Positions 10,210 through 19,709 are shown, counted from the stretch's first letter. The stretch: DNA of 52,483 nt from Acidobacteriota bacterium (GCA_021809235.1 JAKBAG010000001.1:1-52483); one strand, 5' to 3'. The notes: generated by a model not told the origin, from the sequence alone. Numbers and translations: made by a program.

Positions 10210-12975
10210 TTGGCTCAGAATTCTCATCGAAACGGATCGGCACCTCATCGAGAGTGGCGTCGCGTGCGTCTGACCGGCACTGTGCTGCTGGCAGCAGTGG
10301 TTGGGCTACAGGGTATGGGCAGCCTTGCCCAGTCCACGCCAGACCCGGTGGCTAAACCGGAGACTGCGGCGGAAGCGACTGCACGCCTGACCTGGGAACG
10401 GCAGGCAATGGAGAAGTTCACGACAGCGCGAAAGGCCTGGAATGCAAGCGTGGCGCCGGGCTACAACTATGCCTTTGGTCAGGACAGGCCATACGCGCCA
10501 GGAAATCTGCAGGTGGTTGGCTCCGGTTTTCTGCAGCCGGATGCCTTTCCCAGCGCCGAGTATTGTGGAGGCTGCCACCAGCAGGCCTATGCGCAGTGGC
10601 GCGAATCGCTGCATGCTAACGCCTTCCGGTCTCCGTTTTATCGGCGCAGCGTCAATCTGCTGATTCATGACAAAAGCCGCGGGATTGCCTATGCCCGGCA
10701 CTGCGACAGCTGCCATAACCCGGTGGCGGTGCTGGCAGGCGGATTGACCGAGAACTCCCAGGTCAATCGAACCGCAATGGATAGCGATGGTGTGACCTGC
10801 ATGACCTGCCATTCGGTGGTGAGGATTGGCGCACCCGAAGGCAACGGGCAACTGATGATGGGCGTCCCGGCAGTGATGGTGGACGAGCACGGAAACCGGA
10901 TTCCAGGCATGGTTTCCTATGACCAGATTCTGCGCCATCCCAAGCTGCATGCGCAGGCCGTGATGCATGACTTCCTGCACACGGCCGAGTTCTGCGCCGT
11001 CTGCCACAAGGCAAATCTTCCCGATGAACTGAACCACTACAAGTTTGTACGAGCCTTTACCACCTATGACGAGTGGCAGCTTTCCAAGTATTCGCATCGG
11101 AATCCGTTGACCTTCTACACCGCCGATCCGGCCACCTGCCAGGGATGCCACATGCAGCGCGGAGTAGCTGGTCCGCACGAGCCAGGAGCCAAACAGGGGC
11201 AGTTTGCCTCGCACCGCTGGCTGGCAGGAAACACGGCAGTGCCGTTCTATTACGGCTATGACACACAACTGCAGAAGACGATTGCCTTTCTGCGGTCAGG
11301 CAACTATCTGCATGTGGACATCTTCGCCCTGCGTGAGTCCGAGGGCGGCCGACTGATTGCGCCCCTGGGCCAGACGGCCTTCACGCTCAAGGCCGGGCAG
11401 AAGATTGAAGTCTGGGTCGTGATCCAGAACAAGGGAATCGGGCACTCCCTGCTGCCGGAGGTGCGTGATCTGTACCAGGCATGGGTTCACTTCCGGGTGC
11501 AGGATGGCGCAGGAACAAGCGTCTTTGAAAGCGGAGCCATCCGTGCCAACGGCAGTCTTGATCCTGCAGCACACATCTTCAACAATCGTCCGGTGGATGC
11601 GCAGGGCGAGTTCGTGGACAACCACGCTGTGTGGAAGATTCATTCAGTCGCCTATGACAACACGATCGAGTCTGGCCGCTCTGTGCTGGTTCGCTATCGC
11701 TTTCAGGTCCCTGAGCATGTGCAGGGGAACCTGACTCTGACCGCCAGTGTGGAGTATCGACACCTGCGGCAGAGCTACTTGAACAGCGTCTTTGGTCCGG
11801 ATCATCCCGCCTATCCCGTGGTGACGCTGGCCAGCCAGACGCGCCAGTTGCAAGTGGGCAGGAATCATCCCTCGGCACAGCATCCCTCTCCAGAGCAGCC
11901 GACCTGGATGCGCTGGAATAACGCGGGAATTGCACTGCTCGACCAGCTCCAGTATGGTGCAGCCGTGAATGCCTTTGCGCACGTGGTGCGGCTGCAACCG
12001 CAGCAGACCGACGGCTACATCAACGTGGCCCTGACGGAGATTGCCTGGGAGAAGTATGCCTCGGCACGCGCCGCGCTGCACAAGGCGCTTACCCTGCATC
12101 CATCCGATGCGCGCGCTCTGTTCTATCGCGCACAGCTGGAGCGACGATCCGGAAATCGCGCCGGAGAGATCGCAGACCTGGAGGAGGTGGTGCGGCAATT
12201 TCCGGATTCGCGCGATGCTCGCCGTGAGCTGGGCATTGCCTATTACCAGGAGAATGAGCTGGCCAAGGCCATGTCGGACTTTGAGTCGCTGCAGCAGATT
12301 GATCCGGATGATCTGGCAGCCCACTACAACCTGTCGATCCTGAACCGCCGGGCTGGGAACCAGGCAGATGCCGTGGCCGAACAAACCCGGTTTATCGATG
12401 AAAAGATTGATCCCGGTGCTCCCACCTATGCGCTGGACTATATCCGACAGCATCCGGAAATCTCCCTCGAGACGATTCCCTGGCATGTGCATGCCAACGT
12501 GCCCGTCGCAGAAGCCGCGACACCGGCAGGCAACGCAGCGACCGAGCAGGAGCAGGCCCCGCCACACGAAGTGACAGTCCCGACGGACCCGTGCAGCTGG
12601 ATAGGTTCGGCCACTGTATCGGCGCTGCTGGGTGGAAGCTTCCAGACGGTGCGACAAAACGGAATCTGCCTCTTTACCCTGCAGCAAGGCAGCAACCGGC
12701 GCGCGATGCTGGTGAGCAGCATCGCAAACTCAACCAGGGACAGCCCGGCAGGCACCTGTAACGGCAGCCCCGAACCACTGCAGGGGTTGGGCAATACTGC
12801 GGAGTTCTGCCGTCTGCGCAGCGGCTACGGAGCGCAGATTGTGGGTACTGTACGGAACCAGTGCTTCCGCGTACAGGTGACCACAAGCAACCGTCGCGAT
12901 CCTTTGCTGACTCCGGAGACATGGCGCATGGTTACCGAAGAAGCTGCCGCACAGGTGGCCGGAAACCTCTTCTGA
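10210..12975 (+). CDS. Exported multiheme c-type cytochrome with TPR repeats and extra C-terminal domain
   Basis: Five CxxCH motifs (codons at 10564, 10702, 10798, 10993, 11137); N-terminal hydrophobic signal; TPR repeats (WNNAGIALL..., AHYNLSIL); start may be GTG near 10264. Confidence 0.85.
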   Translation: MAQNSHRNGSAPHREWRRVRLTGTVLLAAVVGLQGMGSLAQSTPDPVAKPETAAEATARLTWERQAMEKFTTARKAWNASVAPGYNYAFGQDRPYAPGNLQVVGSGFLQPDAFPSAEYCGGCHQQAYAQWRESLHANAFRSPFYRRSVNLLIHDKSRGIAYARHCDSCHNPVAVLAGGLTENSQVNRTAMDSDGVTCMTCHSVVRIGAPEGNGQLMMGVPAVMVDEHGNRIPGMVSYDQILRHPKLHAQAVMHDFLHTAEFCAVCHKANLPDELNHYKFVRAFTTYDEWQLSKYSHRNPLTFYTADPATCQGCHMQRGVAGPHEPGAKQGQFASHRWLAGNTAVPFYYGYDTQLQKTIAFLRSGNYLHVDIFALRESEGGRLIAPLGQTAFTLKAGQKIEVWVVIQNKGIGHSLLPEVRDLYQAWVHFRVQDGAGTSVFESGAIRANGSLDPAAHIFNNRPVDAQGEFVDNHAVWKIHSVAYDNTIESGRSVLVRYRFQVPEHVQGNLTLTASVEYRHLRQSYLNSVFGPDHPAYPVVTLASQTRQLQVGRNHPSAQHPSPEQPTWMRWNNAGIALLDQLQYGAAVNAFAHVVRLQPQQTDGYINVALTEIAWEKYASARAALHKALTLHPSDARALFYRAQLERRSGNRAGEIADLEEVVRQFPDSRDARRELGIAYYQENELAKAMSDFESLQQIDPDDLAAHYNLSILNRRAGNQADAVAEQTRFIDEKIDPGAPTYALDYIRQHPEISLETIPWHVHANVPVAEAATPAGNAATEQEQAPPHEVTVPTDPCSWIGSATVSALLGGSFQTVRQNGICLFTLQQGSNRRAMLVSSIANSTRDSPAGTCNGSPEPLQGLGNTAEFCRLRSGYGAQIVGTVRNQCFRVQVTTSNRRDPLLTPETWRMVTEEAAAQVAGNLF

Positions 12976-12992
12976 GGCGAACGGCGGCGGCT

Positions 12993-13289
12993 TCAGGCAG
13001 TGAAGGCACCGATGCGCGTCTCTGCCGCCGTCAGCGCATCGCAGGCCCGATCCACAACCTCATAGTCGGCGTCGTGCGCGGCGCGAAAACTGCGAAAGGC
13101 CTCTTCGCTGGTCCAGCGATCCAGGGTCAGATAGCGGCCCGGCACATAAGCATCCCGCAGCAGTTCCGTACCCAGATACTCCGGCGAGCGGGAAAAGAGC
13201 GTTGACCAGGTGCCGCCCGGGGCGTAGGCAGCCTCAAAAGCGGAGAGCTTGTCTTCGGTCACGTCGAATTGCCAGACGATGAGGAACAT
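12993..13289 (-). CDS. Antibiotic biosynthesis monooxygenase (ABM) family protein
   Basis: MFLIVWQFDV...FEAAYAPGGTWSTLF...YLGTELLRD...YLTLDRWTSEEAF; SD AAGGAAG. Confidence 0.8.
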   Translation of the reverse strand: MFLIVWQFDVTEDKLSAFEAAYAPGGTWSTLFSRSPEYLGTELLRDAYVPGRYLTLDRWTSEEAFRSFRAAHDADYEVVDRACDALTAAETRIGAFTA

Positions 13290-13459
13290 GAGCTTCCTTT
13301 CTGGAATCATTATTCCATCGAAGCAGGATGGCCCAAGGTGGAAGCGTGGAAGATGCCCCAGCTCCGACACTCCCTGCGGGACTCACTCCAGAACATTCCG
13401 CAATGAGATTCCACTTTGGTCCGCGTTGCCGTGTGCAGGGCTGTCGCTGTCGCGCCGCC

Positions 13460-13485
13460 GGAACATTTCTCTCGCTGGCTGCGTA
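13460..13485 (+). promoter_or_regulatory. Candidate ECF-sigma promoter (GGAAC-N17-CGTA)
   Basis: GGAAC at 13460-13464 and CGTA at 13482-13485, 9 nt before ATG 13495. Confidence 0.55.
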
Positions 13486-13494
13486 TCGCAGGGC

Positions 13495-14160
13495 ATGAGA
13501 ATCCACACCATGACCGCAGGCATGCTGCTTTTGACCCTTTCCCTGGTGTCTCCACTGGCGGCACACGGCCAGAGCCGTGGTGACTGCTCGACCGTTCTGC
13601 ATGCCCCGCTTAACTCCGGTGGCATTCTGACGATTGATTCCATTTCCCTGGGCATGACGATTGAGCCGGCAGGCAGTGCCGTCCCGCAGGATACGGTGCA
13701 GGTCAGCTGTTCGATGGATCGGTCCGATCCGCCACGTTCCTTTCAAATGCAGCTCAGCGGTGAAAATGGCAACCTTCACCTGAAGGTCGAGGGCGGAACG
13801 GTGCACCATGGAGATCTGGAGCTGCATATTCTGGTGCCGGAGCGGACAAATTTGCGCGTCCGTATGGCTGCCGGACAAATCACGATCCAGAACGTGAGCG
13901 GGGACAAGGACTGCGCACTGCGGGCCGGGCAGATTACCATCTCCCAGAAGCAGGAGTGGAACTACCGACTGGTGGATGCCTCGGTGGACATTGGGGAGCT
14001 GAATGCCAAGGCCTATGGGCAGGAGATGGGCGGATTCTTCCGTCACTTCCGGGCAAACAGCACGGAAGGCGTTCACGATCTGTATGTCCACGTGGGAACG
14101 GGACAGGTCGATCTGCTGAGCGGTACGCATCGCAACAACGGGAAGCAGACCAGCGACTAG
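13495..14160 (+). CDS. Secreted hypothetical protein, DUF4097/adhesin-like beta-repeat
   Basis: Signal peptide (LLLTLSLVSPLAAHG); LHILVPERTNLRVRMAAGQITI, LRAGQITI, VDIGEL, VHVGTGQVDL repeats. Confidence 0.65.
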   Translation: MRIHTMTAGMLLLTLSLVSPLAAHGQSRGDCSTVLHAPLNSGGILTIDSISLGMTIEPAGSAVPQDTVQVSCSMDRSDPPRSFQMQLSGENGNLHLKVEGGTVHHGDLELHILVPERTNLRVRMAAGQITIQNVSGDKDCALRAGQITISQKQEWNYRLVDASVDIGELNAKAYGQEMGGFFRHFRANSTEGVHDLYVHVGTGQVDLLSGTHRNNGKQTSD

Positions 14161-14238
14161 CGCCTGCGGGATTGACCCCACGAGCGCAAGCTGCGAGGAT
14201 GAGCGGCAGGCGCGGCTGTGCGCCGGGAGATTGCCGCG

Positions 14239-15243
14239 ATGTTTGAGCCGCAAAGTTATGCCGGAGCACTGGTATGCATGGCTGTGACCATGCTGTGCTG
14301 GGGTTCCTGGGCCAACACCCGGAAGCTGACCCCTGGCTTCCGCTTTCCGCTTTTCTACTGGGACTATGTGAGCGGGCTGCTGGCGGCAACACTCGTTCTG
14401 GGGCTCACGCTGGGCAGCATGGGCGCAACAGGCCGCTCGCTGACCGACGATCTGGCGCAGGCCGGAGCCGGAAACCTGACACTGGCCATGATCAGCGGCG
14501 TGGACTTCAACGTGGCCAATCTGCTGCTGGTGGCAGCGATTGAAGTGGCCGGGCTGGCCGTGGCTTTTCCTGTGGGCATCGGATTGGCGCTCGTGGTGGG
14601 AGCCGTCTCCAGCTATGTGGTGAACCCGGCGGGCAATGCCGAAATGCTCTTTGGCGGTGTGGCGCTGGTGGTGGCAGCCATTGTGTGCGATGCCGCCGCC
14701 TACCGGCTGCGCGAACGCGGACAGCGCGCCAATACCCAACATCCCACCGCGCAGCGCGGCATCTGGCTGAGTGTGGCCGCAGGACTGCTGATGGGCACGT
14801 TCTATCCGCTGGTAGCGCGGGCCATGCAGGGCAGCCATGCCGCTGGTCCCTACAGTGCATCGCTTCTGTTTGCTCTTGGGGTGGCGCTGTGTGCGCTGCC
14901 GGTGAATGGCGCGCTGATGCGCTGGCCGCTGGATGGCGGCAAGCCGACAACCCTGCGCGCGTACGGGGATGCTCCCATGCGCTGGCATCTGTGGGGGGCG
15001 CTGGGTGGCGCGGTCTGGGCGCTGGGAGCCACGCTTAACTTTGTGGCCGCTGAGGCCGGACGCGTCGGCCCTGCGGTTTCCTATGCGATGGGTCAGGGTG
15101 CAACCATGGTGACGGCAGCCTGGGGCGTCTTTGTGTGGCGCGAGTTTGCCGGAGCTCCGCGGGCGGCGCGCTGGCTGCTGGCAGCGATGTTTACCCTGTT
15201 TCTGGCCGGGTTGACGCTGGTGGCACTGGCCCCGCTGCACTGA
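14239..15243 (+). CDS. DMT-superfamily GRP/ureide-permease-like transporter (likely ribose/nucleoside uptake)
   Basis: TMLCWGSWANT, FYWDY, AGLAVAFPVGIG, SYAMGQGATMV..WGVFVWREF; about 10 TM; upstream of ribokinase. Confidence 0.8.
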   Translation: MFEPQSYAGALVCMAVTMLCWGSWANTRKLTPGFRFPLFYWDYVSGLLAATLVLGLTLGSMGATGRSLTDDLAQAGAGNLTLAMISGVDFNVANLLLVAAIEVAGLAVAFPVGIGLALVVGAVSSYVVNPAGNAEMLFGGVALVVAAIVCDAAAYRLRERGQRANTQHPTAQRGIWLSVAAGLLMGTFYPLVARAMQGSHAAGPYSASLLFALGVALCALPVNGALMRWPLDGGKPTTLRAYGDAPMRWHLWGALGGAVWALGATLNFVAAEAGRVGPAVSYAMGQGATMVTAAWGVFVWREFAGAPRAARWLLAAMFTLFLAGLTLVALAPLH

Positions 15244-15293
15244 GCAGAATGGCATCGGGAAAATGTGCTGGAGAAGAGAATCAGGAGAAACAA

Positions 15294-16247
15294 ATGACAA
15301 GACGACCGATCGTCGTGGTAGGCAGCATCAACATGGATCTGGTGGTGCATGCGCGGCAGATTCCCGTCGGCGGCCAGACCCTGCTGGGAGATGGATTCCA
15401 GATGCACCCCGGAGGCAAGGGAGCCAATCAGGCGGTGGGCGTGGCGCGGCTGGGCTGGCCGGTGGAGATGATCGGCATGCTGGGCAGCGAGGCTGGCCAA
15501 AGCGAGACTGGCCGGCTGGATGCCATGGGCCAGACGCTGCGCAGCCATCTGCAGGCCGAAGGCGTGGGAACCGACGGCGTGGGTCTGGCCGATGCCGCCT
15601 CCGGCGTGGCACTGATCACCGTGGCCGACAGCGGCGAGAATACGATCGTGGTGGCACAGGGGGCGAATGCCTGCCTGACCCCACAGTGGGTGGAGCAACA
15701 GGCCGCCCGGCTGCGCGGTGCCGGCATGGTGCTGGTGCAACTGGAGATTCCGCTGGCGACGGTTGAGCGCGTAGCCCGGATCTGTGCCGAGGCTGGCGTG
15801 CCGGTGATGCTGGATCCAGCCCCGGCGCGTACGTTGCCCGAGAGCCTGTATCCGCTGCTGAGCTGGATGACGCCCAATGAGACCGAGGCCGCCTTCTATG
15901 CCGGGTGGCAGCACGAGTCTGACTTCGACCCGGCCGTGGTGGCAGCCACGCTGCAGGGACGCGGAGCAGCAGCCGTAGTGGTGAAGATGGGCGCGCGCGG
16001 TGCCTACCTGGCCGATGCCGAAGGCTACGCAGCGCACGTAGAGCCGTTTCCGGCGCAGGCGGTGGACAGCACCGCAGCCGGGGACGCCTTCAATGCCGCC
16101 CTGGCCGTGGCCCTGCTCGAGGGTAGAGCAACACCGGAGGCAGCACGCTTTGCCGCGGCGGCGGCGGCCATCTCCGTAACCCGCAATGGAGCTCAGGAGT
16201 CCATGGCTACGCGGCGGGAAGTGATGCAGCGGCTGGAAGTGCGGTAG
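15294..16247 (+). CDS. rbsK: Ribokinase
   Basis: SD AGGAG; VVGSINMDLV, GGKGANQA, QLEIP, TPNETEA, DSTAAGDAF. Confidence 0.92.
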   Translation: MTRRPIVVVGSINMDLVVHARQIPVGGQTLLGDGFQMHPGGKGANQAVGVARLGWPVEMIGMLGSEAGQSETGRLDAMGQTLRSHLQAEGVGTDGVGLADAASGVALITVADSGENTIVVAQGANACLTPQWVEQQAARLRGAGMVLVQLEIPLATVERVARICAEAGVPVMLDPAPARTLPESLYPLLSWMTPNETEAAFYAGWQHESDFDPAVVAATLQGRGAAAVVVKMGARGAYLADAEGYAAHVEPFPAQAVDSTAAGDAFNAALAVALLEGRATPEAARFAAAAAAISVTRNGAQESMATRREVMQRLEVR

Positions 16248-16291
16248 AGGCTGGAGGCTGCAGCTGGCAGCGATGCTGACCGAAAGAACGA

Positions 16292-18742
16292 CTACTGGCG
16301 CAGATGCACGGTGGTGGCACCGGCACCGCCTTCCAGCTGCGACGGCTCCTCGATGCTGGCCACATGCGGGTGCTGGCGCAGATATTCGCGCAGGGAGCGG
16401 CGGAGCACGCCCATGCCGGTGCCATGGATCACGCGAACGCGGGGCAGGCCTGCAAGAAAGGCGCGATCCAGATAGCGCTCCAGCTCTTCGGTGGCCTCGG
16501 CGACTGTGAAGCCGATGAAGTTGATCTCCGAGGGCGTAGCGCTGTCCGGCTCAGCGGCCGTGACGGTGATGCCGGAGCGACGGCGCACGGCCCGGAGCGG
16601 CGTTTCGGCAGGCCTGGATTCGGCAAGCTGCGCCAGATCGGTGCTGCGAACCCGCATCTTGAGCGCACCGATGGTCACCTCCCACAGGTCCTTTTCCACG
16701 TGGCGCGTCAGGGTGGCAGGCTTGTTCAGGCTGCGCACGAGCACCTGCGCCCCGGCGACCAGATTGGGAGCGCTGGCGTCGGCAGCAGATGCCTCCGGCT
16801 GCGTCGGCTGGCGCAGCGCGGCCACGCTCGATCGGAACTGGGCCTCAAACTCCGCACGCATGCGCTCCATGCGGCTGCGCGATTCCCTTGCCACCTTCTG
16901 GCGGGCGGCATTGTCCTCAATGGCCGCAATGGACTGTCGCATCTGTGCGTCAAAGTCGCGCAAGAGCGCAGCAAACTGCTGCTCCAGCGCGCGGGATCGG
17001 TCCCGCAGCTCGGCATCCCCCTCCCGTGCCAGCCGCGCACGCTCCTGATGCAGCGCATACTGCTCGGCGCGGGCTGCCTTGCGTTCGGACTCCAGCGACT
17101 GCAGCTGGTCATGAATGGCATCCAGGAAGCGCGCAATATCGAGCTGCTGCGAACTGAGCCGCTGGCGGGCACTGGCGACAATCTGCCCGGGCATGCCCAG
17201 GCGCTCTGCGGTGGCAATGCCGGCCGAGACTCCGGGCACACCGAGACGCAGCTGGTAGGTAGGCGCCAGTGTCTCCGGATCGACTCCGGCAGCAGCATTG
17301 AGCACGTCGGCTGTGTTGGCCGCATAGACCTTGAGCGCAGTGTGGTGTGTGGTGATGACCGCCCAGGCCCGCTGTGCGCGGAAGTGATCGGCAATGGCCA
17401 CGGCCAGAGCTGAGCCTTCGTCCGGATCGGTGGCCGATCCCAGCTCATCGAGCAGCAGGAGCGCGGAACTGGAGGCAAGCCCGGCCAGACGCGTGATGTT
17501 TGCCACGTGCGCGGAAAACGTGGACAGCGCCAGTTCGATGGACTGGGCATCTCCAATATCTGCCAGGAACGCGGAAAAGATGGGCAGCGTAACCTGGGCG
17601 GCCGGTACAGGAATCCCGGACTGGGCCATCATTGCCGACAGCGCAATGGTCTTCAGCGTGACGGTCTTGCCGCCGGTATTGGGGCCGGAAAGGATGAGCT
17701 GCCGATGCGTATCGTCCAGCGTGATGCTGAAGGGAACCACCGAGCCACCGCTGGAGCGCAACCGATGCTCCAGCAACGGGTGGCGAGCATCCACCAGCTG
17801 AAAGCGGCTTTCTTCGACCGAGGGGGAAACGCCGCGATAGTCGCGGGCGAAGCGGGCACGCGCCTGCAGGGAGTCAAGATGGGCCAGAACTGCGGCTCCG
17901 GCAGCCAGTGCCGGAGCATGCTGGGCCACCAGGCGCGTGAGCGCGACAAAGATCCGATGGATCTCTGCCTGCTCGTCCTCCAGTAGCCGGATCAGGTCAT
18001 TGTTCTGCTCGATGGTCTCCAGCGGCTCCAGAAAGACGGTCTGGCCCGAGGAACTGGCTCCGTGGAGGACACCGGGCAGGCGGCGCTTCTGCTCCACTTT
18101 GACCGGGATGACGAAGCGGTCCCCGCGAACGGTGATCAGCTCGTCCTGGGCGTGACCGTCGGCGGCCAGGCGACGAAGTGCGGTGCGCAGAGTCTGCTCG
18201 ATGAGCTGATGCTGATGGATCAGCTCGCGGCGAATGCGGGCCAGCTCCGGACTTGCATCATCGGTGAGCGTGCCGTCGGGCAGAAACTTGCGCTCGATGG
18301 ACTCCCCCAGGGAGCGCATGGAGCCGGAAATAGGCTGCGCCAGATGGAGAAGATCAGGAATGCGGGCGGCAAGGGCTGCGGGCGCATCTATGATGAGGCT
18401 ACGCCAGCTTGACAGCAGGGTAGCCAGACGAGCGATGGCCAGCAGTTCGGCGGCCTCCAGTGCGGCATCGGGAATCGAGGCCTGCTCCAGCGCCTCGGCA
18501 GGATCAAAGAGCGGCGCCAGCGAAAGACCGGGAGTGGCGGAAAGCAGAATATCCAGCTGAGCCACCAGGCGATGCTCGCGCTCGATCCAGAGCCGATCCA
18601 GCGAAGGCGCCAGCCCGCCGACAGCGGCGCGACCGATGGCAGAATGGGCGTAGCCGGCAACCAGGGCAAGCAGCGCAGGCCACTCCAGGGATGCGGAATC
18701 AAAGGCCGGAACCGGGTTCGGGATGGGGGAAACGAGTGACAT
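16292..18742 (-). CDS. mutS2: Endonuclease MutS2 (Smr domain)
   Basis: SSSGQTVFLEP, GPNTGGKT P-loop, DIGDAQSI, LSTFSAH, DELGSATDPDEG, C-terminal Smr VIHGTGMG..GGAGAT; start could extend to 18796. Confidence 0.95.
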   Translation of the reverse strand: MSLVSPIPNPVPAFDSASLEWPALLALVAGYAHSAIGRAAVGGLAPSLDRLWIEREHRLVAQLDILLSATPGLSLAPLFDPAEALEQASIPDAALEAAELLAIARLATLLSSWRSLIIDAPAALAARIPDLLHLAQPISGSMRSLGESIERKFLPDGTLTDDASPELARIRRELIHQHQLIEQTLRTALRRLAADGHAQDELITVRGDRFVIPVKVEQKRRLPGVLHGASSSGQTVFLEPLETIEQNNDLIRLLEDEQAEIHRIFVALTRLVAQHAPALAAGAAVLAHLDSLQARARFARDYRGVSPSVEESRFQLVDARHPLLEHRLRSSGGSVVPFSITLDDTHRQLILSGPNTGGKTVTLKTIALSAMMAQSGIPVPAAQVTLPIFSAFLADIGDAQSIELALSTFSAHVANITRLAGLASSSALLLLDELGSATDPDEGSALAVAIADHFRAQRAWAVITTHHTALKVYAANTADVLNAAAGVDPETLAPTYQLRLGVPGVSAGIATAERLGMPGQIVASARQRLSSQQLDIARFLDAIHDQLQSLESERKAARAEQYALHQERARLAREGDAELRDRSRALEQQFAALLRDFDAQMRQSIAAIEDNAARQKVARESRSRMERMRAEFEAQFRSSVAALRQPTQPEASAADASAPNLVAGAQVLVRSLNKPATLTRHVEKDLWEVTIGALKMRVRSTDLAQLAESRPAETPLRAVRRRSGITVTAAEPDSATPSEINFIGFTVAEATEELERYLDRAFLAGLPRVRVIHGTGMGVLRRSLREYLRQHPHVASIEEPSQLEGGAGATTVHLRQ

Positions 18743-18839
18743 GGCTGACTCCAGCATATCCGGCGCATACCACCTTTGTGGGATGGGATATGCCACTGAC
18801 GGCAGGCGGATTACACGGGATGTGGGATTACGTTGGGAA

Positions 18840-18854
18840 GAAAAGTGAGCGAAT
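18840..18854 (-). promoter_or_regulatory. Candidate degenerate LexA-type box between mutS2 and small peptide gene
   Basis: Minus strand ATTC-GCTCACT-TTTC; shares WTTCGCT...TWTTC with the recA-upstream element. Confidence 0.4.
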
Positions 18855-18906
18855 CTTAAACACGTGGATGAGCCACTTCGAGCTCATCAGAATGGAGAAA
18901 ACAACC

Positions 18907-19005
18907 ATGCATGATCTTCTGATCGGAATCGCTTTCCTCGCCATCCTCTTCTGCCCCGCCGTGGTGGCATCGTACTCCGGCAAGTCTGAGTCCAATCCGG
19001 AATAA
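18907..19005 (+). CDS. 32-aa single-TM small protein
   Basis: SD GGAG; MHDLLIGIAFLAILFCPAVVASYSGKSESNPE; downstream hairpin. Confidence 0.7.
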   Translation: MHDLLIGIAFLAILFCPAVVASYSGKSESNPE

Positions 19006-19110
19006 CCTTCCGATCCGGTCGGCTGCATGCCCGCTGACCCACGAAGCATCCTTCCCGCTCGACGAGCCGCGGTGACCGCACGCAGGCCGGAGCCGGGAAC
19101 TCCAAGACAG

Positions 19111-19151
19111 ACGCGCAGCATGGTCCTCGGGGGATGACCATCGCTGCGCGT
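19111..19151. terminator. Hairpin between the convergent small-peptide and lysozyme genes
   Basis: ACGCGCAGC-ATGGTC...GACCAT-C-GCTGCGCGT followed by TCTGCTTT on +. Confidence 0.6.
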
Positions 19152-19196
19152 TCTGCTTTCCGGGGCAGGATTTCCATTCCCAGCCCAAAGTTCCTG

Positions 19197-19709
19197 CTAC
19201 GCTGTCAGAAAGTCTGTCGGCTGTGCGGTTCCGGCCAACACGGCGCAATCGGCGCCGCCGCGCTGCGTGGCGCCCGAGCCCACCTGCTGAAACCAGAGCG
19301 ACTGCTGCAGGTTATAGGCGGCCATGGACCAGTTCTGCTGCCGGACAAAGGCCAGCGTATGCACAAAGGTGCCAAGCATCGCCTCTCCCATATTGAAGGC
19401 CAGGTCGGTGAGGACGATCTGCTGCGCGGCTGGAATGGCAGGAAACTCCGGAACCAGTATCTGCGCTGCTGCGACTGCGGTCTGCAGAGAATGCTGCAGG
19501 AGCTGGTCGATCTGCGCCGACGTGAGCGCGACCGAGCCATTGAGGACCGAGGCATAGTCCAGCCCCAGAGCCTCCACCTGCGCCTGTGCGCCAGCTGCCT
19601 GCAGGTTGAAGCCTACGCCGATGGTGGGGATTCCCTTCGTGTCGAGGTACATGGTGGTGCGCAGCCCCTCCCAGTGGGCGGTATAACGAGAGGCGAGATC
19701 GAGGTCCAT
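19197..19709 (-). CDS. T4-type (GH24) lysozyme/endolysin-like protein
   Basis: SD AGGAG; WEGLRTTMYLDTKGIPTIGVG (E-x8-D-x5-T triad); DLAFNMG, NWSMAAYNLQQSLWFQQV resembling the T4L C-lobe; no signal peptide. Confidence 0.85.
   Translation of the reverse strand: MDLDLASRYTAHWEGLRTTMYLDTKGIPTIGVGFNLQAAGAQAQVEALGLDYASVLNGSVALTSAQIDQLLQHSLQTAVAAAQILVPEFPAIPAAQQIVLTDLAFNMGEAMLGTFVHTLAFVRQQNWSMAAYNLQQSLWFQQVGSGATQRGGADCAVLAGTAQPTDFLTA

Noticed and set aside
13234-15300. 688-aa minus ORF and other long antisense ORFs (8341..9921, 28156..30060, 32973..35249, 46143..48104)
   Set aside because: GC-rich codon-bias shadows opposite well-supported genes
19197-19709. Prophage suggested by the lysozyme
   Set aside because: No integrase, structural, terminase or spanin genes; flanked by core genes
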